Shown: positions 18,101 through 27,253 of the stretch, piece after piece | Numbering within the stretch: position 1 is the stretch's first letter | Layout: every line of letters begins with the position of its first letter | Virus record (IMG/VR): IMGVR_UViG_3300036791_001321 | Location: 1-40,855 of that record | Origin: a virus | DNA: 40,855 nt | Strand: one strand, 5' to 3' | Translations under genes and position numbers: made by a program | The notes under the pieces: generated by a model | What the model saw: only the letters and a program-made list of their open reading frames with translations | Databases searched by the model: none | What the model was told of the DNA's origin: nothing

Positions 18101-18450
18101 CACAGTTTCCCGGGCCAGGTCCGAAAGCGCGCATTGTCCGGATTGTTGAGAAAAGCGCGGCACAGCGCTTTGATTTCGTCCTGCAATTGTGCGCCGTCGA
18201 TGCGCCCGTTGTGCTGGCGCGCACGCACACGCGCGCGCCGCAAGATATCGTCCATGAAAATGTCGGGGATAAATCCGACGTGCCGAAACTCTTTGCCGGG
18301 GTTCATGTCGGAGAGAACGCGCGCCGCTTCCACAATCGGCTCGCAATTCTGCAATGTCTCAACAACATAATCGCCGGTCAAATGGCGCTCGCTTTTGAAC
18401 GTTTGAAAATAACCAGGTCGGTCGGTCGTGAGCGAAAACTTTTCAGCCAT
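18100..18450 (-). CDS. Hypothetical protein
   Basis: A 116-aa product of the first gene after the capsid terminator, translationally coupled to the GT-A-like gene. Confidence 0.5.
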   Translation of the reverse strand: MAEKFSLTTDRPGYFQTFKSERHLTGDYVVETLQNCEPIVEAARVLSDMNPGKEFRHVGFIPDIFMDDILRRARVRARQHNGRIDGAQLQDEIKALCRAFLNNPDNARFRTWPGKL

Positions 18451-18464
18451 CCGGCGCGCCTTTC

Positions 18465-18495
18465 AAAAACCGGACGGCGTGTTTGCGCCGTCCGG
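18465..18495 (-). terminator. Intrinsic terminator / attenuator after the major capsid gene
   Basis: On the minus strand, CCGGACGGCG-CAAACA-CGCCGTCCGG (10-bp perfect stem) is followed by TTTTTG. It lies between the capsid stop (18509) and the next ATG (18450). Confidence 0.7.
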
Positions 18496-18508
18496 AACCG
18501 AGCCAAGG

Positions 18509-19495
18509 TTAAGAGGTCGCAATGTCGAAGATGCCGCCGTGCGCGGCTTCGTTCTTCATCTCCAAGGTATATTCGACAACAATCATGGTTTTGTCGGAAT
18601 CGCCGGTCTTGGCGATTTCTTCCTCATGCATCCGATCGAAATAGGACACGCCGACATATTCGGGATCAATCAAGAACGCCGAGCGCTCGCGCTGGAAACG
18701 ATTCGGCACAACCGTTAAATCGCCGAAATCGCTGGCATACATCGATGCCGCCCCCTGAATGGTGTTCTTGTCGACAATTTCGCGTGTGCTGGCACGACCG
18801 GCGAAACCGGACACCACGGTTTTATTGAACGGCCCGACAAATAAGAGCGACGGGTTGCCACCTTGCGTAAAACACAACTGCATCGTTGCCTTGAGATAAG
18901 CTTCCGTAAGTGGACGCAGAGCGGTGGCATCGGTGCGCGGCACCGATGCCGCGGATGCCCCAAAACCAACCGATGAGCCACCGACCGGCGCACCCGCGCC
19001 AGTTCCCGAGACGGAATTTTGCGACGTATTTGTGCTTAGCCAACTCTCAAGCGAGCGAAGCCGCCGCGCAACCGACGCCGCACCAGGGTTGTAACCCTGG
19101 TTTTGCGTCACAATCGCCTCCATATCGCGCAGGATTTCGCGGCCCTTTTTGACCACCTGATAGTCGTAAAAATCCTGAGTTCCGGCGAGGTTGGATTTGC
19201 GCTGTGAGCGCGCGACGGTCACGTCCTTGGTCGAAATCTGGCAATAGTTTTTCTGGCGGGTCGGCGCGACCGAGGTCGAGCCCGCAAGGTCGTCGCCTTC
19301 AATCTGCGCATTCGAGGTCGAAGGGGCGGCGAGTGAATCGGTGCTCCATTCATGCAAAACGTTGGTTGCCTCGGATTCACCGACTTTGGACGTAAACGGG
19401 CGGTCGGTCGGTGAGATATTCGCAATCCAGTCCTGCAAATCCTCGCGATTGGTGGTCGCGCTGTAGGTTTGAAATGTTCCAGTCGGGGGTGCCAT
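18509..19495 (-). CDS. Major capsid protein (SU10/phiEco32-like HK97-fold type)
   Basis: The N-terminal TNREDLQDWIANISPTDRPFTSKVGESEATNVLHEWSTDSLA matches the signature I recall for this capsid family. A GGAGTG Shine-Dalgarno sequence sits upstream, a scaffold-like ORF precedes it and a terminator follows. Confidence 0.8.
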   Translation of the reverse strand: MAPPTGTFQTYSATTNREDLQDWIANISPTDRPFTSKVGESEATNVLHEWSTDSLAAPSTSNAQIEGDDLAGSTSVAPTRQKNYCQISTKDVTVARSQRKSNLAGTQDFYDYQVVKKGREILRDMEAIVTQNQGYNPGAASVARRLRSLESWLSTNTSQNSVSGTGAGAPVGGSSVGFGASAASVPRTDATALRPLTEAYLKATMQLCFTQGGNPSLLFVGPFNKTVVSGFAGRASTREIVDKNTIQGAASMYASDFGDLTVVPNRFQRERSAFLIDPEYVGVSYFDRMHEEEIAKTGDSDKTMIVVEYTLEMKNEAAHGGIFDIATS

Positions 19496-19536
19496 AACGT
19501 TTCACTCCGGGTTAAAGCCGGAGTCCCTCGCAAGAG

Positions 19537-20571
19537 TCACCGGCTCGGTTGTTGGGATGCGCGTGCGCGCTTCATTTGCACAACCAAACGTTCCCGCTCC
19601 GAGGGCTTCGTTCGTGGGTCGTTAAATCTCGCAAGCAACTCGTTATAGTCGCGGTTGCCGTCTTGGGGATTTGATGCGCCGGGTCGTGTCATCGGCGGCG
19701 CTTCCCTCAATCGTGCCGTCACCGCGGGCCGTTGCGCCTCAAGTGCGTCATAACTCATTGCTTTATGGGCCATGACGTAAAGCCAGTGCGGATGGACGCC
19801 GCGTATCTGATCCTCGCCCGCACCGAGACTGAGGCAATAGTCAAGGATCTTGCCCTTGTCGTTTTCAAAGGTCGGGAGCTTCTCAAGAATTTTCGCGTAC
19901 TCGCCCTGCGCATAGGCTTGAAAGGCGGCGGTCTGTTCGGCGGTCTTTTCCGCCGAGATTTTCGACTTTTCGCCATCCAGCGTGTTCAGCGCATTCACCC
20001 GCTGTTCGTACATTTCCTTTTGGCGGATGTACTCTGCCGGGTCTTGATTCAGCAACTCGGGCGCTGGCGGCGCACCCCGCAAGCGGTCCATGAGTTGCTG
20101 GACCTTGCCGAGCGCGGCGTCATATTCGGCGCGTCTGCCGTCGATTTCCTTATTCTTGGAAACCAAGACATTGGCGAGCCGGGATAATTCCGCCTGAGAC
20201 GCGAATGAGTCGCGAAGGTCTTGAAAAGATACGTCGCGAAACTCTCCCGAAGCTTTGACCCGCACCCTTGCCGCGGGGTCAATTTCGATAAAGTTTGCGG
20301 CGTCATCGCCGGTCGGTGGTTTCGCCTCCGGTGCGGGCCCCTCGCTTTTGGCGACGGGCGGCGTACCTTGCGGGGAAACTTTCGGCGGCGGTGTTGCCCG
20401 TTCCGGTTCGGGATTAGCGGCACCGTTTTGCGGTGCTGCCGCCCGTAAACGTCGGAGCGCTGCAACGGCCTCGTTTTCACGAGACTGGATTTCGTTCAAA
20501 CCCGACGGAACCCGTGGGGCTTCCGGCGTTGCCGGTGTCGCTTCGGGGGCCGTGTTTGGTTCGGCTACCAT
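19537..20571 (-). CDS. Scaffolding protein (putative)
   Basis: A 344-aa protein with a Pro/Ala/Glu-rich N-terminus and long helical, charged stretches, immediately upstream of the capsid gene. Confidence 0.55.
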   Translation of the reverse strand: MVAEPNTAPEATPATPEAPRVPSGLNEIQSRENEAVAALRRLRAAAPQNGAANPEPERATPPPKVSPQGTPPVAKSEGPAPEAKPPTGDDAANFIEIDPAARVRVKASGEFRDVSFQDLRDSFASQAELSRLANVLVSKNKEIDGRRAEYDAALGKVQQLMDRLRGAPPAPELLNQDPAEYIRQKEMYEQRVNALNTLDGEKSKISAEKTAEQTAAFQAYAQGEYAKILEKLPTFENDKGKILDYCLSLGAGEDQIRGVHPHWLYVMAHKAMSYDALEAQRPAVTARLREAPPMTRPGASNPQDGNRDYNELLARFNDPRTKPSERERLVVQMKRARASQQPSR

Positions 20572-20858
20572 AACGCCTCTCTTTTCTTGAACGTGTCAAG
20601 AGACTGCAAACGGTCGGCGGCAATCTTGCCGTTATCGATAACGCTTTGAAGTTGTCGGCGCACATCGCGCAAAACCAAGATTGCGGTTTGCCAGCGGTAG
20701 CGCGTCTCGTCGTGCCGCTTGTGCGGCGGTGTGGCGAGCAACGCCTCGGTATAGACCTTCTCAAGATGGTCAAAGGCGTTGCGGATACTCTCATTGCCGA
20801 CCGTCTCGTTCACCTGGTCGGCAATGCGAATCACATTCTTGTAGTGCGACTCATCCAT
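20565..20858 (-). CDS. Hypothetical protein
   Basis: A 97-aa ORF overlapping both neighbours within the operon. Confidence 0.45.
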   Translation of the reverse strand: MDESHYKNVIRIADQVNETVGNESIRNAFDHLEKVYTEALLATPPHKRHDETRYRWQTAILVLRDVRRQLQSVIDNGKIAADRLQSLDTFKKREALW

Positions 20859-21048
20859 GGGGCAAGCTTCCCATGCTCACGTTGCCGAGGCTCATCAACA
20901 GCCAAATCACGATGATGGCGCACACGATCACAAGCGCGATGCTCGCGAACTTTTGCGCCGGGGGCGGCAATGGGATTTGCTGGATGAGGTAATAGACAAC
21001 GCCAATGACGATAACCGCAACCGCCAGCAAGATGAGCAAGTGAATCAT
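20851..21048 (-). CDS. Small 2-TM membrane protein (holin-like topology, function unknown)
   Basis: The product is MIHLLILLAVAVIVIGVVYYLI...ASIALVIVCAIIVIWLLMSL, with two hydrophobic helices and no charged C-terminal tail. Confidence 0.45.
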   Translation of the reverse strand: MIHLLILLAVAVIVIGVVYYLIQQIPLPPPAQKFASIALVIVCAIIVIWLLMSLGNVSMGSLPHG

Positions 21049-21060
21049 ATTCGCCTCCCA

Positions 21061-21591
21061 TCAGGACAATAAAACAAGCGCGGCCAGCCGGTTGCGCCAC
21101 TTACGTTTTGCCTCGACCTCAAGGCGACGTGCGTTTTCCCGCTCGCGCGCGATGGCGGCGGCATGCATGGCTTCCAACGCCGCGGTTTCCTCATGCTCGC
21201 GCAAGAGCGTAACGCGGTTAAGTTCGGCATCGACAAGCGCCAAAAGCCGGTCGATGGACTCGCCAAGCTTGGGTTTGCCAAGTCCGCGCTGCGGTGTGTG
21301 CGCCAGGGATTGGCGCAACGTCTCAAGTTGCATTTGCAACAGCGCGTGGAATTGCGAGACGGTCTCGGTTCGCTTGAGTTGAGAAACCGCCTGCTCGGAG
21401 AGAAGCGGCGCAATCTCGCGATGCTTGCGCCGCCATCGGAAAAACGCCTCCATGTATTCGCGGCGCACCGGACGCCCGATGGTGCCGCCGCCAACGGTCG
21501 GCGGAACCGGAATAGGGGTCGCGACATCCGCGCCCTTGCCCCAGAACGCGAGACCAAAATAAGCTTTGCCGAAATAGGTTTGTCCGAACAT
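21061..21591 (-). CDS. Hypothetical protein with coiled-coil region
   Basis: A 176-aa protein with an N-terminal YFG repeat (MFGQTYFGKAYFGLAFWG) and a helical, charged C-terminal half. Confidence 0.45.
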   Translation of the reverse strand: MFGQTYFGKAYFGLAFWGKGADVATPIPVPPTVGGGTIGRPVRREYMEAFFRWRRKHREIAPLLSEQAVSQLKRTETVSQFHALLQMQLETLRQSLAHTPQRGLGKPKLGESIDRLLALVDAELNRVTLLREHEETAALEAMHAAAIARERENARRLEVEAKRKWRNRLAALVLLS

Positions 21592-21592
21592 C

Positions 21593-22426
21593 TCATGTCA
21601 AATCCAACGTGACGGTGGCGCGGTTGCCGTTCACATCCGTTGTTGCGGAGACCACATCCTTGGTGTCGGCGAGGTTGCGATACTTCGGCGCATTGGCGTC
21701 CAGCCCCGACGCCTTGCCGAGCATGGTCGCGGCAAGGCCGCGCATCAGCCTAATGGCGGAATTTGTGCCGTCGATGACGAGCGCCCATACCGCCGCCGGT
21801 ACCGCATTAAACGCCGCTGTGATTGTGCCCGCGCTGGCGGGATCGGACGGCAAATTGTCGGTTTTACTTTTAATAGCGACGGTATCGGTCTTAATCGCCG
21901 CGACATCGGCGCTTACCGAAATCCCGGCAGGCGCACCGATGCGGCCATAGCTATCACCGGTCTGAGTCGCACTCGCGCCCAAGTCCTTCGCGGTTTGCGC
22001 GGTTCCTGCCCCGGTCGGCCCGACCTTGACCGCATTGGCATCAATCAAGCCGCTGGCATCGACGGCGGCGGTGCGGGCGGCGGTGGTCGGCATGAGCGCG
22101 GAGCGATGCTCGATGCTGAATTCCGCGATCACTTCGCCGACAACGGAAACGCTATTGACCGAGCCCGCCGTAATCACCAGTTGATAGTCCGACGCGGTCG
22201 TGTATCCGTTTGCGTTTGTTGCCACGACCCGCACATGATTCAGCCCGGTGCGCGCGTCGAAATCCACAGAAAGTGTTATCCCCGCCGTAAGTTCGGTCAC
22301 GCCATTGCCGACATAGGCGCAAATGACCGGTGACCCGGCGAGTGTGAACGGCGCGCCGGAGATTTGACGGGTCGTGAATTTCACGTCGAAGGTATCGCCG
22401 AGCCGAAAATCCCCGACATAACTCAT
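21593..22426 (-). CDS. Hypothetical virion-module protein
   Basis: A 277-aa Thr/Ala/Val-rich, beta-rich-looking protein located between portal and scaffold. Confidence 0.45.
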   Translation of the reverse strand: MSYVGDFRLGDTFDVKFTTRQISGAPFTLAGSPVICAYVGNGVTELTAGITLSVDFDARTGLNHVRVVATNANGYTTASDYQLVITAGSVNSVSVVGEVIAEFSIEHRSALMPTTAARTAAVDASGLIDANAVKVGPTGAGTAQTAKDLGASATQTGDSYGRIGAPAGISVSADVAAIKTDTVAIKSKTDNLPSDPASAGTITAAFNAVPAAVWALVIDGTNSAIRLMRGLAATMLGKASGLDANAPKYRNLADTKDVVSATTDVNGNRATVTLDLT

Positions 22427-23055
22427 CCGGCGAATCCTCCGCCGACACCGGCAAAGCCGCCGTATTCGCCGGCCAATTTCACGGGCCGCCCGGTTGCGAC
22501 GACATTCGCGTCGCTTTCAAACTTGGTGCACCAAACAAGCGGACCATCCGTATGCGGCGATAATCCGCACAAGGTCGCAGTGTTGTTGAAACTGTCGGTC
22601 GCGATCGTACCGCGTTGCGTTGCGTTCTGGAACATCGACAGCGCATTCCCGCTCGCCGTCACTTTCAATATGTCATTGGTAGCAAAAACGATTCCGGTAA
22701 CGTTGGTGAGTTGCGTAAAGGCCCCGGCAACCTTTTTGTAAAGTTTCAGGGTGGTGGCCGTTTGCGCATCCATCCCGATGAAATTATTAACATCGGTCGC
22801 CCGGATGACATGCAGTGACGTGTAGGCATAGGAACCGCTGACCGTAATCTGCGCATAACAATCAGCGGCCCCGGTCGGCACGGACCACAATCCATCCGAT
22901 GCGGACCCGACAAGATTGAGTTGACCGCTCGTTGTGACGGCCAGGTGTCCCGCCGTGCCGCTACTCCGCGTCCACGGACCGCCCGCGTTTGGCGTATGAC
23001 TCTCCAAATTGACCGGGACGCTCGCCTCGCTGAAGGTATCGATGGTGTGGGTCAT
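22423..23055 (-). CDS. Hypothetical virion-module protein
   Basis: A 210-aa protein with a Gly-rich C-terminus (GEYGGFAGVGGGFAG). ATGA-type overlaps on both sides. Confidence 0.45.
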   Translation of the reverse strand: MTHTIDTFSEASVPVNLESHTPNAGGPWTRSSGTAGHLAVTTSGQLNLVGSASDGLWSVPTGAADCYAQITVSGSYAYTSLHVIRATDVNNFIGMDAQTATTLKLYKKVAGAFTQLTNVTGIVFATNDILKVTASGNALSMFQNATQRGTIATDSFNNTATLCGLSPHTDGPLVWCTKFESDANVVATGRPVKLAGEYGGFAGVGGGFAG

Positions 23056-23435
23056 GACACGCCCGCGGTTACGGACGTTCCCGCCGCCACCATGATGAAC
23101 GCGACAAGTTCGGCCAATGTCGTGCCGCCGGTAATCCCGGAATGATCGATATCAAACCTTGCCAGCGCACGCCGCACCCGTGCGAGGTGGCCGCCGATTT
23201 CCTCATCCAGGTCAATATCCGGCAAGAACGCTAAGGCATGGTCCGAGATAAACGGCACGTGCTTGTCCGCATCGATGACGACAAGGCACCAGGTTTTTTG
23301 CGGCGACCCGTCGGCTTTGTTCGGAATGTAAGATACATGGTGGTGATACGGGGCATCGGGAAGCATCGCCCGAAACGATGTCTCAGCCGTCGATCCGTCG
23401 CCACAAATCGGCGCGAGATAATAGCGTTCACTCAT
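23052..23435 (-). CDS. Hypothetical protein downstream of portal
   Basis: A 127-aa ORF with a 4-nt overlap with the portal stop. Confidence 0.45.
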   Translation of the reverse strand: MSERYYLAPICGDGSTAETSFRAMLPDAPYHHHVSYIPNKADGSPQKTWCLVVIDADKHVPFISDHALAFLPDIDLDEEIGGHLARVRRALARFDIDHSGITGGTTLAELVAFIMVAAGTSVTAGVS

Positions 23436-25726
23436 CCGTTATCCACGACCGAACCGATGATATCGCCGTGCTCGTCTTTCACGAGCTTGCGCGGCTTCCC
23501 GGCGTTCTCCAATAATTGCGCAATTCGTTTCGAGGTCCGCGGACCGCCCGCGCGGTTCGACTCCGCATCGATCCGCAAGAGCATTTCACGCTCTTTCAGT
23601 TCGGATTGTTTTTCCATCAGCGCGAACTTCGCCGCCATTTGCGCGGTTTGGGCGGCCATATCGTGCTGTGTCTTTTGCACGTTCAGGAAAAATTCCTGTT
23701 GCTCGCGGCGCAATTCGGCCTGTTGCGCCTGCATATCCATGACCATCTGATGTTGCGAGCGCTGTTGCTCGTTGGCGGCTTTCTGCTGTTCGATCTGCTG
23801 CGAACTCGCGGCCTTCTGCTGTTCGAGTTGCACGCGGGGATCGGGCGGCGGCGGCGGACTTTGGCCGCTCGGCACGTTGAAATACGGCGTGATGTCGGGA
23901 AGCCCCTGCAACGGCAATAACTTGGAAATCGTGTTGTAGATATTCTGCGGCGACACCGACCCTTGCCCACCGCCCGCCATGATGATTTTTTCTTGCAGCG
24001 CCAGGACCGTATTCAAGGCACCCATCAAATCTTGGTCGGAGTTGTAGCCCATGCCGACCCGGCACACGCACGTCATATCAGTATCCCAGTCGCGCGGGTC
24101 CATGGCGACATAGCCGCCGCGGAGTTTAATGATGCGGGTGTAATCCTGATTTTCGCGAATCAGCGAAAGCATGTCGCTAAAGAGTTGCTTGATGCCGGTT
24201 TCGGCAAACACGCGCGCGACCAATTCAGGGCGCGAGCGCGCCATGGTCATCATCTCGGAAACCCCGGTCGCGGTGACGCGCTTCAAGGTTTCAGGATCGA
24301 GCGCGGCCATGTCGGAGTTGATGCCGGTGCGGCGGCGCGCGCATTCATCGATATAGGACAGGACCGGGAAGCATTCGCCCGCGGTAAACGGGATCACAAT
24401 CGGCTTGATTTGATTCACGTCGTCGGCGCGGATGACGCCGCGCGGCTTGCGCAACAGCACATCCTCAACGTTGACGCCGGGACCGATGGCGAGTTCCGGC
24501 GCATTCGAGCCATAGACGTTGTCATTGATGCCGCGCACGAGCGCGGTTTTCCATTCCTGCAAATCCATGGTCATGTCGGCATAACTCAAGCCGAACAGCT
24601 TGTGCGGCACGCGGATGGGACACAGCCCGTAGAACGGCGAGCGCGCAAACTCGGTATCAATGAGGATTTTGTGGCCCGCGTAGAAGATGCGGCGCAACTC
24701 GGCGATGCCGTCGCCGTCCTCATCTACGCGGATAAAGCAATCGAAGGTCTCGATGAGCGCGTTTTGCCCCGAGCGATTTTGAATCGCGTTGGAATAGGTA
24801 GTCTCGTCATTGAAGCGCGCGCGTTGCGCAGTGTCCTGCATACTCAGCCGGAAAGACCCCGCGGGCAAGTCCTGAACCGTCGCCGCATCAAGCCCCATAT
24901 TGATGAGGTCAGAACGGCTCATCAAAGAATGGTGGCACGCGAACGTCGTCATGCGGTCGTTGATGTCGCGGCATCCGCGCGACACCATGAATTCCTCGGG
25001 CGGCACGCCGACAATGGAAATGCGCCCGACCCGGCGCGTGAGTTTTATCTTGATGTCGAACACCGGCATCACCATGCCGGTCATTTGGTCGGGTTGCTCG
25101 CCGGTTTGGCGTTGCTCGACAATGTCCGCGCCGGGAAGGTCGACCTTTACGAGCTTGGTGATTTGAAGCGGATTGAGTCCCTGAAACGATTCGTAACGGA
25201 CCTCTTGCGACGTGTCCCACCACATCTTGACGATGCCGAGTTTTTGCAACAGCGCGTCTTTGATCCAGTCGTGAAGGATAATGAAGCCGTTGTTTTCCTC
25301 GAAGAAAAGCCAGTTGCAATAGTCGGTGGCTTGGTCGGCTTGGTCGGAACGCGAACGGACCATTTGCTGAAACGCTTGGGGGTTGCCGATTTGATTGAGC
25401 GACGGCATCACCGGTTCATAGCGGGCGAGTTTCTCGACACTGGCGAATATCCGCATCAAGGACGGGATGGCTTGCTCGACGGTATCCATCACGGTGCGGT
25501 CGATGACCGATGAGCGTCCATCGACCTCGTTGCCGTAGGGCTCGCCGAAGTAGCGGCGCAAGGCGTTGGTTTGCTGCGTCACCACCTTGTCGGCGGTATA
25601 GCCGACCGCGGATGCAATTTCGCCCTCGACAATCGCGACGACGTCGCTTTGCGAAAGCCGCTTGGGCATGTTGGTCGGTTTTGGCACCAACGCTTGCCCC
25701 GGATTTATTTGCGGCATGTCCAGCAT
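23432..25726 (-). CDS. Portal protein
   Basis: A 764-aa product starting 4 nt after the terL stop. It has a long Gln-rich coiled-coil C-terminus (QQKAASSQQIEQQKAANEQQRSQHQ), as in P22-type portal barrels. Confidence 0.8.
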   Translation of the reverse strand: MLDMPQINPGQALVPKPTNMPKRLSQSDVVAIVEGEIASAVGYTADKVVTQQTNALRRYFGEPYGNEVDGRSSVIDRTVMDTVEQAIPSLMRIFASVEKLARYEPVMPSLNQIGNPQAFQQMVRSRSDQADQATDYCNWLFFEENNGFIILHDWIKDALLQKLGIVKMWWDTSQEVRYESFQGLNPLQITKLVKVDLPGADIVEQRQTGEQPDQMTGMVMPVFDIKIKLTRRVGRISIVGVPPEEFMVSRGCRDINDRMTTFACHHSLMSRSDLINMGLDAATVQDLPAGSFRLSMQDTAQRARFNDETTYSNAIQNRSGQNALIETFDCFIRVDEDGDGIAELRRIFYAGHKILIDTEFARSPFYGLCPIRVPHKLFGLSYADMTMDLQEWKTALVRGINDNVYGSNAPELAIGPGVNVEDVLLRKPRGVIRADDVNQIKPIVIPFTAGECFPVLSYIDECARRRTGINSDMAALDPETLKRVTATGVSEMMTMARSRPELVARVFAETGIKQLFSDMLSLIRENQDYTRIIKLRGGYVAMDPRDWDTDMTCVCRVGMGYNSDQDLMGALNTVLALQEKIIMAGGGQGSVSPQNIYNTISKLLPLQGLPDITPYFNVPSGQSPPPPPDPRVQLEQQKAASSQQIEQQKAANEQQRSQHQMVMDMQAQQAELRREQQEFFLNVQKTQHDMAAQTAQMAAKFALMEKQSELKEREMLLRIDAESNRAGGPRTSKRIAQLLENAGKPRKLVKDEHGDIIGSVVDNG

Positions 25727-25729
25727 GAT

Positions 25730-27253
25730 TTACACCACCCCCCTTGTGTCGATCTGGAATGCGCCGCGCGAATTGAAGGTTTGCTTTTTGCCGGCACCGG
25801 TCGCCGTGCTTTTCATGTTGCTGGCGAAGGTCATCAACAGCGCTTCCGCCAAATCCGGCGAGCGGTCGCCGCGGGCGCGCATGGAATCCTTGGACTCGAT
25901 TTTCAAGCGCATGGTCGTGCGCGAAAAGTCGTAGCGGATGCCCGCAATCTCATCCATCAGGTCGCCGTCGTCGGGAATGTGCACGTCGAGCCCGTCGAAC
26001 CAGGATTTCATCTTGAACCAAAGCTCATCGCGCAAGCGGTCAAACTTCTTGTCCTCAATCGCGGGCCGCTCGGCGACATTGACACCCCGCACGGGCAATT
26101 CGTACTCGTTGCGGAGATAGTCGTACACGCCCGCGCCGACGCCGATGGTATCGACACAGATTTCCGCAGGCTTGCTTTTCGCCAGAATATATTCGCCGTT
26201 GATGATGCCGGCGAGTTGTGTGGCATCCTTGTTGCGCCACCATTTCACCTTCTCGGTAATGGTATTGCCGCGGCGCTTGCACAGGGTCGAGCGATCATCG
26301 CCGAAGCGCGCCACATCCACGCCCCATATCTCCGGGCCGGTCGGCATCACGTCGCGTCGGGTCGCCGCCTCCAGCAAGTGCCGCGGAATCAGCACGTCCT
26401 CATCGGAGGTCGGAAACTCGCCAAGCACGCGCACGCGGTAAATGTTGGAATCGATGCCGAAGCGGTCGGCGACCTCTTGGGCATACTGGGGTGCCACGCG
26501 ACGGCTGGCGGCACACGGCACATGGAACAAGCGCCAGCGCTCGCGCTGCCCGTGGAACGCGTCAAAAAAATACCCGCGCGCGCGGGTCGGGTTGCCGGTC
26601 ATGATCGTAATCGCGCCGGGGGTGCTCATCGAACCTTGCGCAACTTCAAAGACAAGGTCGTCCACGCCGGACGCCTCGTCGATCACAAACAGGATGTTTT
26701 TGGCGTGGAACCCTTGCAGCGCTTCGGGTTGCTCGCGCCGCGCGGTGCGCGCGACCGCGAATGAGTTTTTCGGGTCGGCGACAAGCTCGGCGCGGTCGGA
26801 CTTTATTATAATGAGACGACGAAACTCCGGCTTCAAACAACGGTGCCAGGTCGCGAGCTCCGACCACAGCACGTCAAACAACTGGCTCTGGCTATTGGCC
26901 GTCACCGGGATTTTGCACGGGTAATGGGTGAGCATGAACCAGAGAATTACAATCGCCAGGAAGCCGGTCTTGCCGACACCGTTGCCGGAACGGATGGCGA
27001 TGCGAAGCTCGGTTTTCAGGGCAACCAGCGCGTCATGCTGGAAGCGTTCCAAGACAATCGCATTGCCGTCGGGCCCGTGTTCAAAGGCGAGGGACGGGAA
27101 ATCCTCGGGGTTGTCGTGCAGATAGGCCAGGAGATCGCCCGCGGCGGCGGTCTTGGTCTTGCGGGCGATTGGTGGGGATGATGTGGCGTTAGGACTCACG
27201 GTCCGCCCCCTCGACCCGCGCATTGTCGATCGACGGCACATAATCGGCGTCAA
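25730..27253 (-). CDS. terL: Terminase large subunit
   Basis: Walker A-like RSGNGVGKTGF and Walker B-like ILFVIDEASGVDD are present. The 507-aa product is encoded directly upstream of the portal gene. The start could be any of three nearby Met codons. Confidence 0.85.
   Translation of the reverse strand: MTPIMCRRSTMRGSRGRTVSPNATSSPPIARKTKTAAAGDLLAYLHDNPEDFPSLAFEHGPDGNAIVLERFQHDALVALKTELRIAIRSGNGVGKTGFLAIVILWFMLTHYPCKIPVTANSQSQLFDVLWSELATWHRCLKPEFRRLIIIKSDRAELVADPKNSFAVARTARREQPEALQGFHAKNILFVIDEASGVDDLVFEVAQGSMSTPGAITIMTGNPTRARGYFFDAFHGQRERWRLFHVPCAASRRVAPQYAQEVADRFGIDSNIYRVRVLGEFPTSDEDVLIPRHLLEAATRRDVMPTGPEIWGVDVARFGDDRSTLCKRRGNTITEKVKWWRNKDATQLAGIINGEYILAKSKPAEICVDTIGVGAGVYDYLRNEYELPVRGVNVAERPAIEDKKFDRLRDELWFKMKSWFDGLDVHIPDDGDLMDEIAGIRYDFSRTTMRLKIESKDSMRARGDRSPDLAEALLMTFASNMKSTATGAGKKQTFNSRGAFQIDTRGVV

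Noticed and set aside
17279-18346. N-terminal extensions of listed ORFs (18346 for the GT-A-like gene, 36326 for the nucleotidyltransferase, 34855 for the DnaA-IV-like gene, 3445 for the HisF2-like gene, 32190, 31378 and 29365)
   Set aside because: The extensions are Arg-rich, overlap the preceding genes, and precede internal Met codons that give ATGA/TGATG coupling or family-typical N-termini. The shorter starts were used.
17441-18828. Plus-strand ORFs 17441..18370 (309 aa) and 17989..18828 (279 aa)
   Set aside because: They are antisense to the GT-A-like gene, the 116-aa gene and the capsid gene, and their Arg-rich composition is implausible.
19496-19536. Hairpin ACTCCGG-gttaaag-CCGGAGT between the scaffold and capsid genes, considered as a terminator
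   Set aside because: No T-run follows on the minus strand, and the stem contains the capsid Shine-Dalgarno sequence (GGAGTG). At most it is a translational element, so it is not called.
23963-26764. Long plus-strand ORFs (23963..25513, 516 aa; 25571..26764, 397 aa) antisense to portal and terL
   Set aside because: Both are Arg/His/Gly-rich with no motifs, and they lie entirely inside well-supported minus-strand genes. They are GC-rich antisense shadows.
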